A stretch of 64,000 nucleotides of DNA from an uncultured Gammaproteobacteria bacterium. Its GTDB lineage: Bacteria; Pseudomonadota; Gammaproteobacteria; UBA9214. The stretch lies in contig CAVYZN010000011.1 in the NCBI GenBank assembly GCA_963773065.1, positions 64,001 through 128,000 on the forward strand. The letters are read 5' to 3'. The position numbers and the translations under genes were made by a program. Numbering within the stretch: position 1 is the first letter of the stretch; each line of letters opens with the position of its first letter. Of the stretch, positions 21,104 to 32,595 are shown piece after piece. A model generated the notes under the pieces. It had not been told where the DNA came from. It saw only the letters and a list, made by a program, of their open reading frames with translations, and did no database searches.

Positions 21104-22381
21104 ATGAGCACTAGCGACCAATGGCTGCTGCCTGAAGGCATCGAGGAAATCCTGCCGCCCCATGCCTGGCGGCTGGAGTGCGCGCGCCGGGAGTTGCTCG
21201 ATCTGTTCTCGAGCTGGGGCTACGAGCTGATCATCCCGCCCTTCATCGAATACCTGGAGTCCCTGTTGACCGGTACCGGCCACGACCTCGATCTGCAGAC
21301 CTTCAAGCTGACCGATCAGTTGAACGGGCGCATGCTGGGGGTGCGCGCCGACATGACCCCGCAGGCGGCGCGCATCGACGCCCACCCGCTCAAGCGGGAC
21401 ATGCCCTCACGCCTGTGCTATCTGGGTACGGTGCTGCATACGCGCCCCGACGGCTTTGCCGGTACGCGCAGCCCCCTGCAGGTGGGCGCCGAACTGTTCG
21501 GCCATGGCGGCATCGAGAGCGATGTGGAGATCCTCAGCCTGGTGCTGGAGACGCTGGCGCGGATGGGGATCACGGACGTGCACATGGATCTCGGGCATGT
21601 CGGGATATTCCGGGGCCTGGCCGCGGAGGCCGGTCTCGATGAGACGGCGGAGGCGGCCCTGTTCGATGCTCTGCAGCGCAAGGCGGTCCCGGAAATCGAG
21701 GATATTCTAAGCGCCGGCACGATAGGCGAGGCGCACCGCCGCCGGCTCGCCAGTCTGGCCGAACTCAACGGTAGCTGGGAAATTCTCGACATTTCCCGCG
21801 AGCGGCTGGCCGGGGCCGGCGCCCGCGTGATGGCGGCGCTGGATAACCTGTGCGCGATCGCCGCGGCGATGCGGCAGCGCGCGGGGGAGGCCTCGCTGTA
21901 CTTCGATCTCGCGGAACTGCGCGCCTATAACTACCAGAGCGGCATGGTGTTCGCCGTGTTCGTTCCGGGACGCGGACAGGAAATCGCCCGTGGCGGGCGC
22001 TACGACAATATCGGGCAGGTATTCGGGCGGGCGCGGCCGGCTACCGGTTTCAGCACCGACCTGAAGACGCTGATGGATCTCAGCCCGTATGACTTCGGCG
22101 CGCCGCGCGGCGCCATCCTGGCGCCGGCGGATGAGGACCCCGCGCTGCTGGCCGCGGTGCGCGAACTGCGCGCGAGTGGTGAGCGGGTCATATTCGCACT
22201 GCCGGGACAGACAGGCGGCGCCGTCGCTATGGGCTGTGACCGGGTGATCGCACTGGAGAACAAGGCATGGCGGGTCAAACCGGCGGCAGGAAATGAACGG
22301 GTGCGTCGAGGGTATGTTTACCGCCGTGTCGAAACGCGCGCCCGGCAACAGCATCTGACCCGGCAACACGGGCCGGGGTGA
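21104..22381 (+). CDS. hisZ: ATP phosphoribosyltransferase regulatory subunit
   Basis: WLLPEGIEE, RADMTPQAARID, GGRYD..RPATGFS. Confidence 0.95.
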   Translation: MSTSDQWLLPEGIEEILPPHAWRLECARRELLDLFSSWGYELIIPPFIEYLESLLTGTGHDLDLQTFKLTDQLNGRMLGVRADMTPQAARIDAHPLKRDMPSRLCYLGTVLHTRPDGFAGTRSPLQVGAELFGHGGIESDVEILSLVLETLARMGITDVHMDLGHVGIFRGLAAEAGLDETAEAALFDALQRKAVPEIEDILSAGTIGEAHRRRLASLAELNGSWEILDISRERLAGAGARVMAALDNLCAIAAAMRQRAGEASLYFDLAELRAYNYQSGMVFAVFVPGRGQEIARGGRYDNIGQVFGRARPATGFSTDLKTLMDLSPYDFGAPRGAILAPADEDPALLAAVRELRASGERVIFALPGQTGGAVAMGCDRVIALENKAWRVKPAAGNERVRRGYVYRRVETRARQQHLTRQHGPG

Positions 22382-22418
22382 TAACCCTCAACCGGTGTCT
22401 GCTCTCCGCAGGCCTTAG

Positions 22419-23763
<1,345 letters not shown>

Positions 23764-23773
23764 GGGAAATACG

Positions 23774-23828
23774 GGTCAGAAGTGAGCAGTGAGAAGTCGG
23801 TGAGAAGTGAGAAGTGAGGTAGATGAGT
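23774..23828 (+). repeat. Degenerate 7-bp tandem repeat (GTGAGAA/GTGAGCA)
   Basis: ggtcagaagtgagcagtgagaagtcggtgagaagtgagaagtgagg. Confidence 0.7.
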
Positions 23829-23973
23829 GGCGCTTGCTATCGATCTGTAAGGACGGTAGCGTTTGGAAACCCACGAACGTGCTAGCACACCGTGTCTTTC
23901 ATGAGTGCCGTGGCCATGGGACGTCAATGGGTACGACCACCCCATTCTCTTCCCAGGTGGCGCAGCATACACG

Positions 23974-24943
23974 CTATTTTCCCCGCAGCTTCCGCGCCAG
24001 CGCCGTCACCATCGGTTTCAGATCCTTATGTTTCAGCCGTTTCACCGCCTGTTTCGGGCTGACCCACTCGCGGCCGCGGTGGCTTTCCTCCCATTTCTTC
24101 TCCGGCACGAGGTGGGTGACCTCCATGGCGTAGACCTCGACGCTGCAGCTTGCGCCCCATTTTTTGCAGCGATAGGCGCCGAGTGCCTCGTCGAATACCC
24201 GTCCTTCCGCGCCGGCTTCCTCCCAGGCCTCCTTGGCGGCGGATTCCCGGGCCGTGAGTCCGGGGTCATGGATGCCTTTGGGGACGATCCAGTGTTTCCT
24301 GTTGCTGGAATAAATGACGAGAATTTCCGGTTTGCCCTTGCGCAGGCGAAAGGGGATCACGGCCGACTGGGTGTAATAATAGGCTGGGCGGTTGCGCCGC
24401 TCGGGACCCTGCGGCGCGGGAAACGGGAACTTTTTCGGCAATGTGGCGGGGTGTGTGATCGCCGCCAGCGCGGCGCATCCGGCGGTGAGGCGGCGCCAGT
24501 CGGCCGGCATGCCGAGTCTGGCGAGCGCCGCCGTCGGCAGGACCTTGCCGTCTTGCGCCACGGGAACCCGGTCCTGCAACAGGAAGGCGAGCAGTGTCTC
24601 CAACCCCGGGTTGTGCCCGACCAGCAACACCCGTTGCGCCTGTCGCGGGCAATCCGCCAGCACCGCGCGCAATTCATCGAGGCTCCGCCTCGTAGATCCG
24701 TTCGTCCAGGTGGATGGCGCGCGTGCCGATCGCCATTGCCTTGCATGCCTTCGCGGCCGTGGCGATGGCGCGTTCGGCCGGCGAACTGACCACGTGATCG
24801 GGCGCCAGGTCCTGCTGCATCAGCCAGCTTCCCATGCGCTCTGCGCTGCGTTTGCCATGGAGCATGAGCGGACGGTGAAAATCGTCGGTACTGACACTCC
24901 AGTCGGACTTGCCGTGGCGTAGCAGCAGCAGTTCACGTCCCAT
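23974..24943 (-). CDS. SixA-like histidine phosphatase fused to Nudix hydrolase (frameshift near 24680)
   Basis: LLLRHGKSDW, VSSPAERA, LVGHNPG; then WIVPKG..AAKEAWEEAG Nudix box. Confidence 0.85.
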
Positions 24944-25072
24944 GGCGGTTAACTCCATTAGTTAAAACCAGCAGTAGCGATGCCAAATGCGTGCTATGCC
25001 AAGGCAGGATGGCCGAGGGGTGACACGCCGTAAATCCGTCCCTCAAGGCTCGCGGGCGGCAAGTGCGCGGCA

Positions 25073-26270
25073 TCAGCCGAACACCGCCCGGGGCGTGCTC
25101 TTGAAGTCTTTCGCCAGGATTTCGATGGTAATGCGCATGATCTCCCGAAAGACCTTGTCCCTGTCATTGTTGATGACGATGGGTATATTGGCCCGGTCCG
25201 CCTCGGACAACAGATAGGTTTGCAGGCGCCAGATCTCGTCAAAATGCTTGAGGTAGCGTTCCGCCCGGCGTTGCGGCACATCGGTGCTGCGTCCGCTGAT
25301 GCGCCGCTGCAGCCGTTTGCGTTTCAGTATGCCGAGCATGACCGGGATGACCACGGCCTCCTTGTCGAATTTCAGCTTCTCGATGAACGCCGGGTGGATG
25401 TGCACCCCTTCGAGGATCAGGGAGACGCGTTCCCGCAAGGCGCGCTGTATCACCGCCTCGATGGCCACCGACAGCATATCCGCCTGGGTGCGGTAGCCGT
25501 GTATCAGCAGCGTTTCCGGTATTTTGGTGAAGGTCTTCGGTTGCCCGGGCAACGCGCTCCAGGCGGCGAATGAGGAGGTGTGCAGGACGGGGAGTAGCTG
25601 CTTGGGCATCATGGTGCGCATGACCTCGCGCAGCATGTCCGTTGACTGCGTGCGGACGATCTCGAGATAACTTGCCAGCGTGGTGGCGATGGTGCTCTTC
25701 CCGCAACCGGCCGTCCCGCCGATCAGGAAGATCAACGGCCGACCGCTGTTGACGAAGTCCCGCCATATCAGCCAGCGCTGCGCGACGGCGGGGCCGAGCT
25801 TGCGTGATTGCCTGAGATAGCGGTAGGTCAGGTTGCCGAGATGCCGGGAGGTGATCTGGCCGATATACCGCTCGTTCAGATGCTTGTAGATGGTCGGTGA
25901 CGATCTCGCTGGCCTCCTCGCTCTCCAGACCGATGGTTTCAAGACAATGCTGGTACTCCAGTCTCGAAAACGGCCGCAGCATGCCGTCCCTCTGCTTGAC
26001 CTGTATCTGGAATGACAGGAGCTCCCTGTGCCCCAGGTAGCGGTGGTAGACATTGGGCCGCTTCAATGCCTTCAGGTGTTCGATGACCCGGCGGCGCAGC
26101 TCGGTGGTGTTGATCAACGACTGATCGTCGATGTCCGAGCGGATCTCCGAGGAGACCTGGTAGGCCTCCTTGAAGGATAGCCCGGCATCTTGCAGGGAAC
26201 GTATCAGGATACCGCGCAGGAACGGCACCTTGGTGTTCTCTTCCTGATCTTCAACCAGGATTTTGGCCAT
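25073..26270 (-). CDS. ATP-cone plus 2-phosphoglycerate-kinase-like P-loop kinase (frameshift near 25890)
   Basis: VPFLRGILIRSLQDAG ATP-cone; IGGTAGCGKST, STDMLREVMR, ILEGVHIHP. Confidence 0.8.
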
Positions 26271-26408
26271 GTTTCGCGGTACCTGTTAATGTATTCCGGC
26301 GGTCATTACAATTGGCGGGCATTATATGACGATACTGTTCCCCTGACACTCGGCCCGAGGCCGGGATCGTCATCGATGTCGCATGTGGACAGCGGAGGAT
26401 ATCAGGAA

Positions 26409-27991
26409 ATGTTCAGTACGGCGGAACTCGGGCAAAAGATTCCGAAAAGCGAATACAAGCTGCGCGAGCCGGTGCTGAGACAGGAACTCCTGGAAATACA
26501 GACGGCTCTTTACCAGAGCGGCGAATTTCCGGTGATTATCGTGTTCGCCGGCGTCGATGGCGCCGGCAAGGGGGAGACGGTAAACCGGCTCAATGAATGG
26601 ATGGATCCGCGCTGGATCGTAACCAGGGCCTATGACGATCCCTCCGACGAAGAACGCGAACGGCCCGAATACTGGCGTTACTGGCGGGATCTGCCTCCCA
26701 AGGGGCGTATCGGCCTGTTTCTGAGTGCCTGGTACTCGCGGCCGCTGCTGGACCGGGTCTACGAGAAGGATACCGAAGCGCTGTTCGACGAGCGGCTGGA
26801 CCGTATCCTGGCCTTCGAGAAGGCCCTTGCCGACGATGGCGCGCTGATCCTCAAATTCTGGATGCATCTCAGCCATGTGGCTCAGAAACGCCGTTTGAAA
26901 AAACTGGAGAAGGATCCCTTGACGAACTGGCGCGTTACCCAGCGCGACTGGGATCACTGGCATATCTATGACCGATTCGAGTCCGCGGCGGAGCGGGCCA
27001 TCATGCGCACCAGCACGGGTACGGCGCCCTGGACCATCGTCGAGGGCGCGGATCCCTGTTACCGCAGCCTGACGGTCGGGATGATCGTGCGCGATGAGAT
27101 CAGCAAGCGCCTCGATGAGTTCCGCAAGAAAAGAATGGTGAGGGAGGAACTGGCCATGCTCGCCACCCCGGCCGGTGGGCAGGGCATGCCGCCGTCCGCG
27201 CCGGGCGGATCGGCAGGGACGCCGGCCTCAGCCGGCGCGGGTGCGCCGCTGCACGTCGCCACGGTGTTGTCCCGGCTGGACATGTCGCTGGCTCGCTTGC
27301 CAAGAGTGACTGCAAGCGGCTGCTGCAGGAGCAGCAGGCGCGGCTCAACTTGCTGCATCGCCGTGCGCTGAAGAAAAACACATCGACCATCATCCTGTTT
27401 GAAGGGCCGGATGCCGCCGGCAAGGGCGGCGCCATCCGCCGGATCACCGCGGCGCTCGATGCCCGCCATTACCAGGTCATACCGATAGCCGCGCCGACGG
27501 ATGAGGAGAGCGCGCAGCATTATCTGTGGCGCTTCTGGCGCCATCTTTCCCGCGCCGGGCGCATCACCCTGTTTGACCGCAGTTGGTACGGGCGCGTGCT
27601 GGTCGAGCGGGTCGAGGGGTTCGCCACGGAGGAAGAATGGCGGCGGGCCTACGCGGAGATCAATGAGTTCGAGGAGCAGTTGACGCGGCATGGCATCGTC
27701 CTGCAGAAATACTGGGTCCATATCACCAAGGAGGAGCAGTTCAAGCGCTTCAAGGAGCGCGAGGCGACGCCGCACAAGCAATGGAAACTGACGGAGGAAG
27801 ACTGGCGCAACCGGGATAAATGGGATGCTTATGAAATGGCGGTCAACGATCTCGTCGAACACACCAGCACCACTGCGGCGCCCTGGATCATGGTGGAAGG
27901 CAATGACAAGGCCTATGCGCGCATCAAGGTGATCACCGCGCTGTGCGATCGTCTGGAAGAGGTGCTGAAGGAAAGCAAGGCCGTCAAATAG
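26409..27991 (+). CDS. pap: Polyphosphate:AMP phosphotransferase, two-domain PPK2 (frameshift near 27300)
   Basis: AGVDGAGKG and EGPDAAGKGG; FDRSWYGRVLVERVEG. Confidence 0.92.
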
Positions 27992-28011
27992 GCACGGCAA
28001 TAGGTCCAACT

Positions 28012-28058
28012 GTACGTTTCTTGTCGACGAAATAGGGGCGTTTAAAAGTCCTATTCAT
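28012..28058 (+). repeat. ~47-bp direct repeat, left copy (right copy 28997-29042) flanking the AbrB/VapC module
   Basis: GTAC.TTTCTTGTCGACGAAA.AGG..CGTTTAA.AGTCCTATTCAT at both sites. Confidence 0.85.
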
Positions 28059-28131
28059 CACACGACGCCATCAATCGTTCCAGCTATCCCGCCGGTGTAT
28101 CCTGATTCCTGATATGTATTACATATAAATA

Positions 28132-28161
28132 TTGACTTACATTTTCATGTAATCATACAAT
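28132..28161 (+). promoter_or_regulatory. Sigma70 promoter with palindromic operator for the TA operon
   Basis: TTGACT-18-TACAAT; TTACATtttcATGTAA overlaps the spacer. Confidence 0.65.
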
Positions 28162-28184
28162 GATTCATAAATAGGAGAATCATT

Positions 28185-28415
28185 GTGGAAACCACCATCA
28201 CCGTAAAAGGTCAGATCGTCATCCCTGCCGGCGTGCGCCGCAAGTTCGGTCTGAAAGAAGGCACCCGCATCCAGGTGGACGTCGACGAGCAGGAGCACCG
28301 CATCATCCTGACCCCGATCACCCGCGAATACGTGGAGCGGCTGCGCGGCCGTTACCGCGGCAAGGGGCTGTTGAAGGCGTTGGCCGCCGAGAAGAAGCAC
28401 GAAAGGGTGCTGTAA
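28185..28415 (+). CDS. AbrB/MazE/SpoVT antitoxin
   Basis: KGQIVIPAGVRRKFGLKEG. Confidence 0.9.
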   Translation: METTITVKGQIVIPAGVRRKFGLKEGTRIQVDVDEQEHRIILTPITREYVERLRGRYRGKGLLKALAAEKKHERVL

Positions 28416-28825
28416 TGGCGCGCAAGCCGAAGACGGTCGTACTCGACTCGTGGGCGGTGCTGGCGTTTCTGGAAGATGAACCTGCCGGGCAGCAGGTCGG
28501 TGAAATCATCGCGGACACCCACGAGCACAACATTCCGCTGCTGATGACCACCGTCAACGCCGGCGAGGTCTGGTACATCGTCGCCCGCGAGGTTTCCGAG
28601 CCCGAGGCGGACAAGTGCATCGAGAGTATGTTGAAGATCGGCATCGAGTTCGTCGCGGCGGATTGGAGCCTCGCGCGCAGCGCCGGAGGCTTTAAGGCGC
28701 GGCACAGGATGTCCTACGCCGACTGTTTCGCCGCAGCGCTGGCCAAGGAATGCAAGGCCGAGCTCGTGACCGGAGACAAGGAGTTCAAGCAGGTTGGGAA
28801 GGAGGTGGCGGTACATTGGGTGTGA
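28415..28825 (+). CDS. vapC: VapC PIN-domain toxin
   Basis: VLDSWAVLA, NAGEV, SYADCFAAALA, VTGDKEF. Confidence 0.9.
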   Translation: MARKPKTVVLDSWAVLAFLEDEPAGQQVGEIIADTHEHNIPLLMTTVNAGEVWYIVAREVSEPEADKCIESMLKIGIEFVAADWSLARSAGGFKARHRMSYADCFAAALAKECKAELVTGDKEFKQVGKEVAVHWV

Positions 28826-28996
28826 TTGCATGGGATTCTTCGGACATCTATGTTCCGCGATCATCCCCAACGCGCCGGTCACACGTCCGAGAGGCCAAAG
28901 GGTCTCGACATTGGGCGCCACGCGTTGATGAATGGCCCGGAAAGTCCCTGATGATGGACCGTGATCTCGCGTGCTTGACAGCCCAGCGGCCCAGCC

Positions 28997-29042
28997 GTAC
29001 TTTTCTTGTCGACGAAAAAGGCCGTTTAAGAGTCCTATTCAT
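28997..29042 (+). repeat. Right copy of the ~47-bp direct repeat
   Basis: Matches 28012-28058. Confidence 0.85.
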
Positions 29043-29316
29043 TTCATCACCGTCAGGCGGGCATCATCTCGCCAACAAAAAAACGCTCACCGGTTAGCTG
29101 ATTTCGATCTGTCCACCGCATATTTGCCGAAACCCGGCGACGTGCAGCCCGAGATGAGCGTGATTACAGGGATCTGAACCCAGGCAATGGGCGGTTGTTT
29201 TTCGCAAAAAAATGGGGCTTTATGCTGCATATACCCAACCCCAATCGCTCGTGACTCTGTCCTGAGTAGGGCTGTGCTGTGGGATCGGCTATACTGCTCC
29301 GGAGGAGGTGTCCAGC

Positions 29317-29538
29317 ATGAAAATTCAATTGACCGCCGTTTTCCAGAAAGTACCTGAGGGTTACATCGCCTTCATTGAGGAGTTGACGGGCGCCAATACT
29401 CAAGGCGCCACGTTGGAGGAGGCGCGCGCCAACCTGGAGGAAGCCGTTGCCCTGGTGCTGGAGGCCAATCGCGCCTTGGCTGAAGAAGATCTGCAGGGAT
29501 CCGAGGTGATTCGCGAGCCCCTGCGGCTCACTGCATGA
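29317..29538 (+). CDS. hicB: HicB family antitoxin
   Basis: GANTQGATLEEARANLEEAV. Confidence 0.88.
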   Translation: MKIQLTAVFQKVPEGYIAFIEELTGANTQGATLEEARANLEEAVALVLEANRALAEEDLQGSEVIREPLRLTA

Positions 29539-29738
29539 AGCGTCTGGAACTCATCCGCCATCTGGATGCACATGGCTGTCGGTTGCTTCGGGAGGGCGGT
29601 AACCATAGGTGTATCTCAATCCTGAAGCCCGCAAGGTTACTACCGTGCCGCGGCATCGAGAGATCAATGAGCATCTTGCCCGCAGGCTATGCAAGGATCT
29701 CGAAATCCCTGTGGTCGGGGCCTCGCGTTGACGCATAG
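29535..29738 (+). CDS. hicA: HicA family toxin (frameshifted)
   Basis: MKRLELIRHL..GC.LLREGGNH then, shifted, TTVPRHREINEHLARRLCKDLEIP. Confidence 0.8.
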   Translation: MKRLELIRHLDAHGCRLLREGGNHRCISILKPARLLPCRGIERSMSILPAGYARISKSLWSGPRVDA

Positions 29739-29784
29739 GTGTGCATGAAACACATCGGGTTCAGGTCTAACATTCGGATCATAA

Positions 29785-29895
29785 AACGCCTCACACTGTT
29801 ATTGACACGCAAGGGCTATCTCGTTGCAGAGCAGGGGATGACCTATCTGGCTGATACCGATCCGGATGCCGTGCTCGGATCCCTGCAAGCGGTGC
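29785..29895 (+). mobile_element. Short IS91-family transposase remnant
   Basis: LLTRKGYLVAEQGMTYLADTDPDAVLGSLQA resembles an IS91-like transposase segment (from memory). Confidence 0.45.
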
Positions 29896-29918
29896 GAATC
29901 ACCGATTCGAGGCAGGAT

Positions 29919-30163
29919 TCAATGCCGGAAGCTTTTCAGCAGCGCTTCCCGATCAACGCTTTTGTGCCGCGAGACAGCGCGAAGAATGCTGTTCAAGGTG
30001 CCGATACGGAGTGCGATGTGGTCCGGTACGGCGAGGCGCTGATGCCCGGGTTCTTCGGTTGAAGAATAATGTGGCTGCCCTGCTGATGTACGATACGATA
30101 TCCCCAATCGCGGCATAGCCCCTAATCGACCTGCCGCCCGCTCAAGTCCCTCGGCAGCTTCAT
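29919..30163 (-). pseudogene. Second HicA-like toxin, frameshifted
   Basis: MKLPRDLSG..GYRIVHQQGSHIIL..VPDHIALRIGTLNSIL across frames. Confidence 0.75.
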
Positions 30164-30375
30164 GCGCAGGCGAGGACTTCGTCGCGCACCAGATGCAGTC
30201 GAATGGAAGAAGGGAGATTATCGGGTTGATCGAAATAATAAGCGTGCACGGCTTGGCGCACGTTATCGCGCAACTGCGCCCAGGTATCCGCCTGGGTGAA
30301 TATCGGCTCCGTGAGGCATTCCGTGCAGAAACCGCCGTCGGCTTCCTGGGTAACCTCGAAGATCAACTCGCTCAT
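30160..30375 (-). CDS. HicB-like antitoxin
   Basis: MSELIFEVTQEADGGF..IFTQADTWAQLRDNVRQAV..IRLHLVRDEVL. Confidence 0.75.
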   Translation of the reverse strand: MSELIFEVTQEADGGFCTECLTEPIFTQADTWAQLRDNVRQAVHAYYFDQPDNLPSSIRLHLVRDEVLACA

Positions 30376-30438
30376 GGCTGGAATTCTAATCTTCAATTGA
30401 TGACGGTACAAGAAAACTACAATTCGGGGACATTGGTG

Positions 30439-30656
30439 TTAACCGTAGCACCCCTCGATGTAGTCGGCGATCTCCCTGTGGCAGGACGTGACGAACATGG
30501 TCTCGGTGGCGACGTGCTCCACGACCTTGCCCATCAGCATGAAATGCATTCCTCGCTGGCGCGGCGCGCCTGGGCCATGTTATGGGTCACGATGAGGATG
30601 GTGTATGTACCGCGCAGGTCCCAAATCAATTCCTCAACGGCCTCGGTGCCCTTGGG
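30439..30656 (-). repeat. Diverged duplicate of the pstB 3' end (copy of 36387-36605)
   Basis: Encodes PKGTEAVEELIWDLRGTYTILIVTHNMAQARRASEEC, as in pstB. Confidence 0.92.
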
Positions 30657-30846
30657 TAGAACGGAAAATAAATCTGTCATTTTATTCTCGGTACGTAGAA
30701 ATACGTAGCCGTGAGCCAGGTATGGCCACACCGGCGTCATAGGGTTGGTACATCTCACCATCAAAGCGCCTCGAACTCGCCGTCTCGCGGCTCCAACTGT
30801 CGCGGAACTTCGTTGCGAAGTGGCGTTGGATTTCCTACCCTTAAGC

Positions 30847-32595
30847 ATGACCTCGACGCATTCGAAACGCGTATTTATTTCCTACCGCCGCGACGATGCG
30901 GCGCCCCACGCGCGGAACATCGAGCAGGCGCTCGACGAACGGTTCAGCGACGATCGGGTGTTCTTGGACCAGCGTGACATCGAGGCCGGCGTGGAGTTTC
31001 CACGCAGGATCGCCGAGGCGCTCGACGCAAGCGATGTCGTAGTCGTCGTCATCGGTAGCAAATGGGAAAACATCAAGGACGGTGCAGGCCAACGACGGCT
31101 CGACAATCCGCAGGACTTTGTCCGCATCGAGATCGCCACTGCGCTGCAATCCGGAAAACGCGTCATCCCCGTACTCGTCGACGATGCGCAAATGCCGCGG
31201 GCTGAGGCACTTCCAACGCCCCTGGCAAGGCTCGCGGATCTGAACGCGTTAACGATCAGCAACCAGCGAATCCTGGAGGATGTGGCGCATCTGGTTGATG
31301 CGGTCGAGGGACGATCGGCACAAGAGCGCGCCTGGAAACTGCTGTTGAGGGCGCTGGTTGTCGGGCTGCTGATCGCGCCGCTGCTGTTTTTTCTGCTCGG
31401 TAAGATTCGTTTTTTCGAGGGATTCTTCGGCCTGGATATTCACCTCGAAAGCCTGTTGGCGGCGTATTCGACGCGGCATGATACGCCGGCGTTGCGGGAA
31501 CGTATTGCGCTGGTCGTGATCGATGCCGATTCGCAACGCCGACTCGGCATCGGGCCGGACGATCCGGCCGCGTGGCGAGAATAGCATGCAGATCTGATTC
31601 GTACGCTCACCGCTGCCGGCGTGCGGATGATCGTGTTCGATTTCCGCTTCGATGGCGCGAGCGACGACGACGAACTCGTGCTCAAGGCGCTGCATGAGGC
31701 GAAACGTCACGGGGTGCCGGTCATTGCCGGCGTTACTTCGTTCGATCCGCAGGGGAATCCTGTCAGCGATGCGGGATTCAAGGATGCAATCACCGCCTGG
31801 GGACACGCCTGCCTCGGGATGAAAAATAATGCGCTACCGACGGTAAACCTCGCGTTGCGACGCAAGCATGGCGGCATCGTACGCTCCCTGTCGCTGGCCG
31901 CCGCGCAGCACTCGGCCACCGCCGAATCCCCGTTTCGCATAGAGTCGGGCCACTCCCTTCAGATCATGGACGGTACCGGCAGCGGCAACTACGTCGCATT
32001 CCCTGTTGCATCGAAACTCGATTCCGCGCAGACAGACGGGTGCGAGGCGCAGAGTGCGGGCGATACTGCTTTCCCGTTGCGCTTCGACCCCTCCCCGCGC
32101 AAGCAACTGCGCAGCCCTGACGTGCGCTTCGCATACGCCACTCTGGTGGAGCACGCGAGCGAAACGGACCTGAGCGCATTCAAGAACAAGATCGTGATTG
32201 TCGGGCAAAGCAACGACGCCAACGAGCGGTTTGACATCCAGCAGGGCGCGACGCGCGAAGCAAGGCAGGGTTTCGAATTGCAGGCCGACGCGATTCGCAC
32301 GCTGCTCGACGTCAAGTCCGTTCGCGACGTGCTCAGGCCGCTCGATACCCCGTGGCAGGTAGTCCTGATTACCGCGGTTTGTGTGCTGGGAATATTGCTG
32401 GCGCTCGTCTCCGGATCGCTGCAATCCGTGTGGCGTGTACTGTTGTTATGTGCCTGCGTCGTCGCGTACGGAGCGCTGGCAAGCCTGGTTTACCGCGAGG
32501 CTCGTATCGTTCTGCCATTGTCCTACCCGATCGCGGCCTCGTTACTCACCTTTTTCGCGACGCGCAACGCCTTTACCAAAGGAGTGCGCACATGA
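30847..32595 (+). CDS. TIR domain - TM - CHASE2 - 3TM membrane protein, interrupted by an in-frame TAG at 31582-31584
   Basis: VFISYRRDD, DFVRIEIATAL, VIPVLVD (TIR_2); IALVVID, WRE*HADLIRTLTAAGVRMIVFD, FKNKIVIVG, GFELQADAI (CHASE2); ORFs 30745 and 31621 share a frame. Confidence 0.8.

Noticed and set aside
23774-23828. CRISPR array
   Set aside because: Short tandem heptamers without spacers; no cas genes or regular repeat-spacer pattern seen in the window
31582-31584. Pyrrolysine recoding of the TAG
   Set aside because: No pyl genes visible and TAG serves as a normal stop in many genes here
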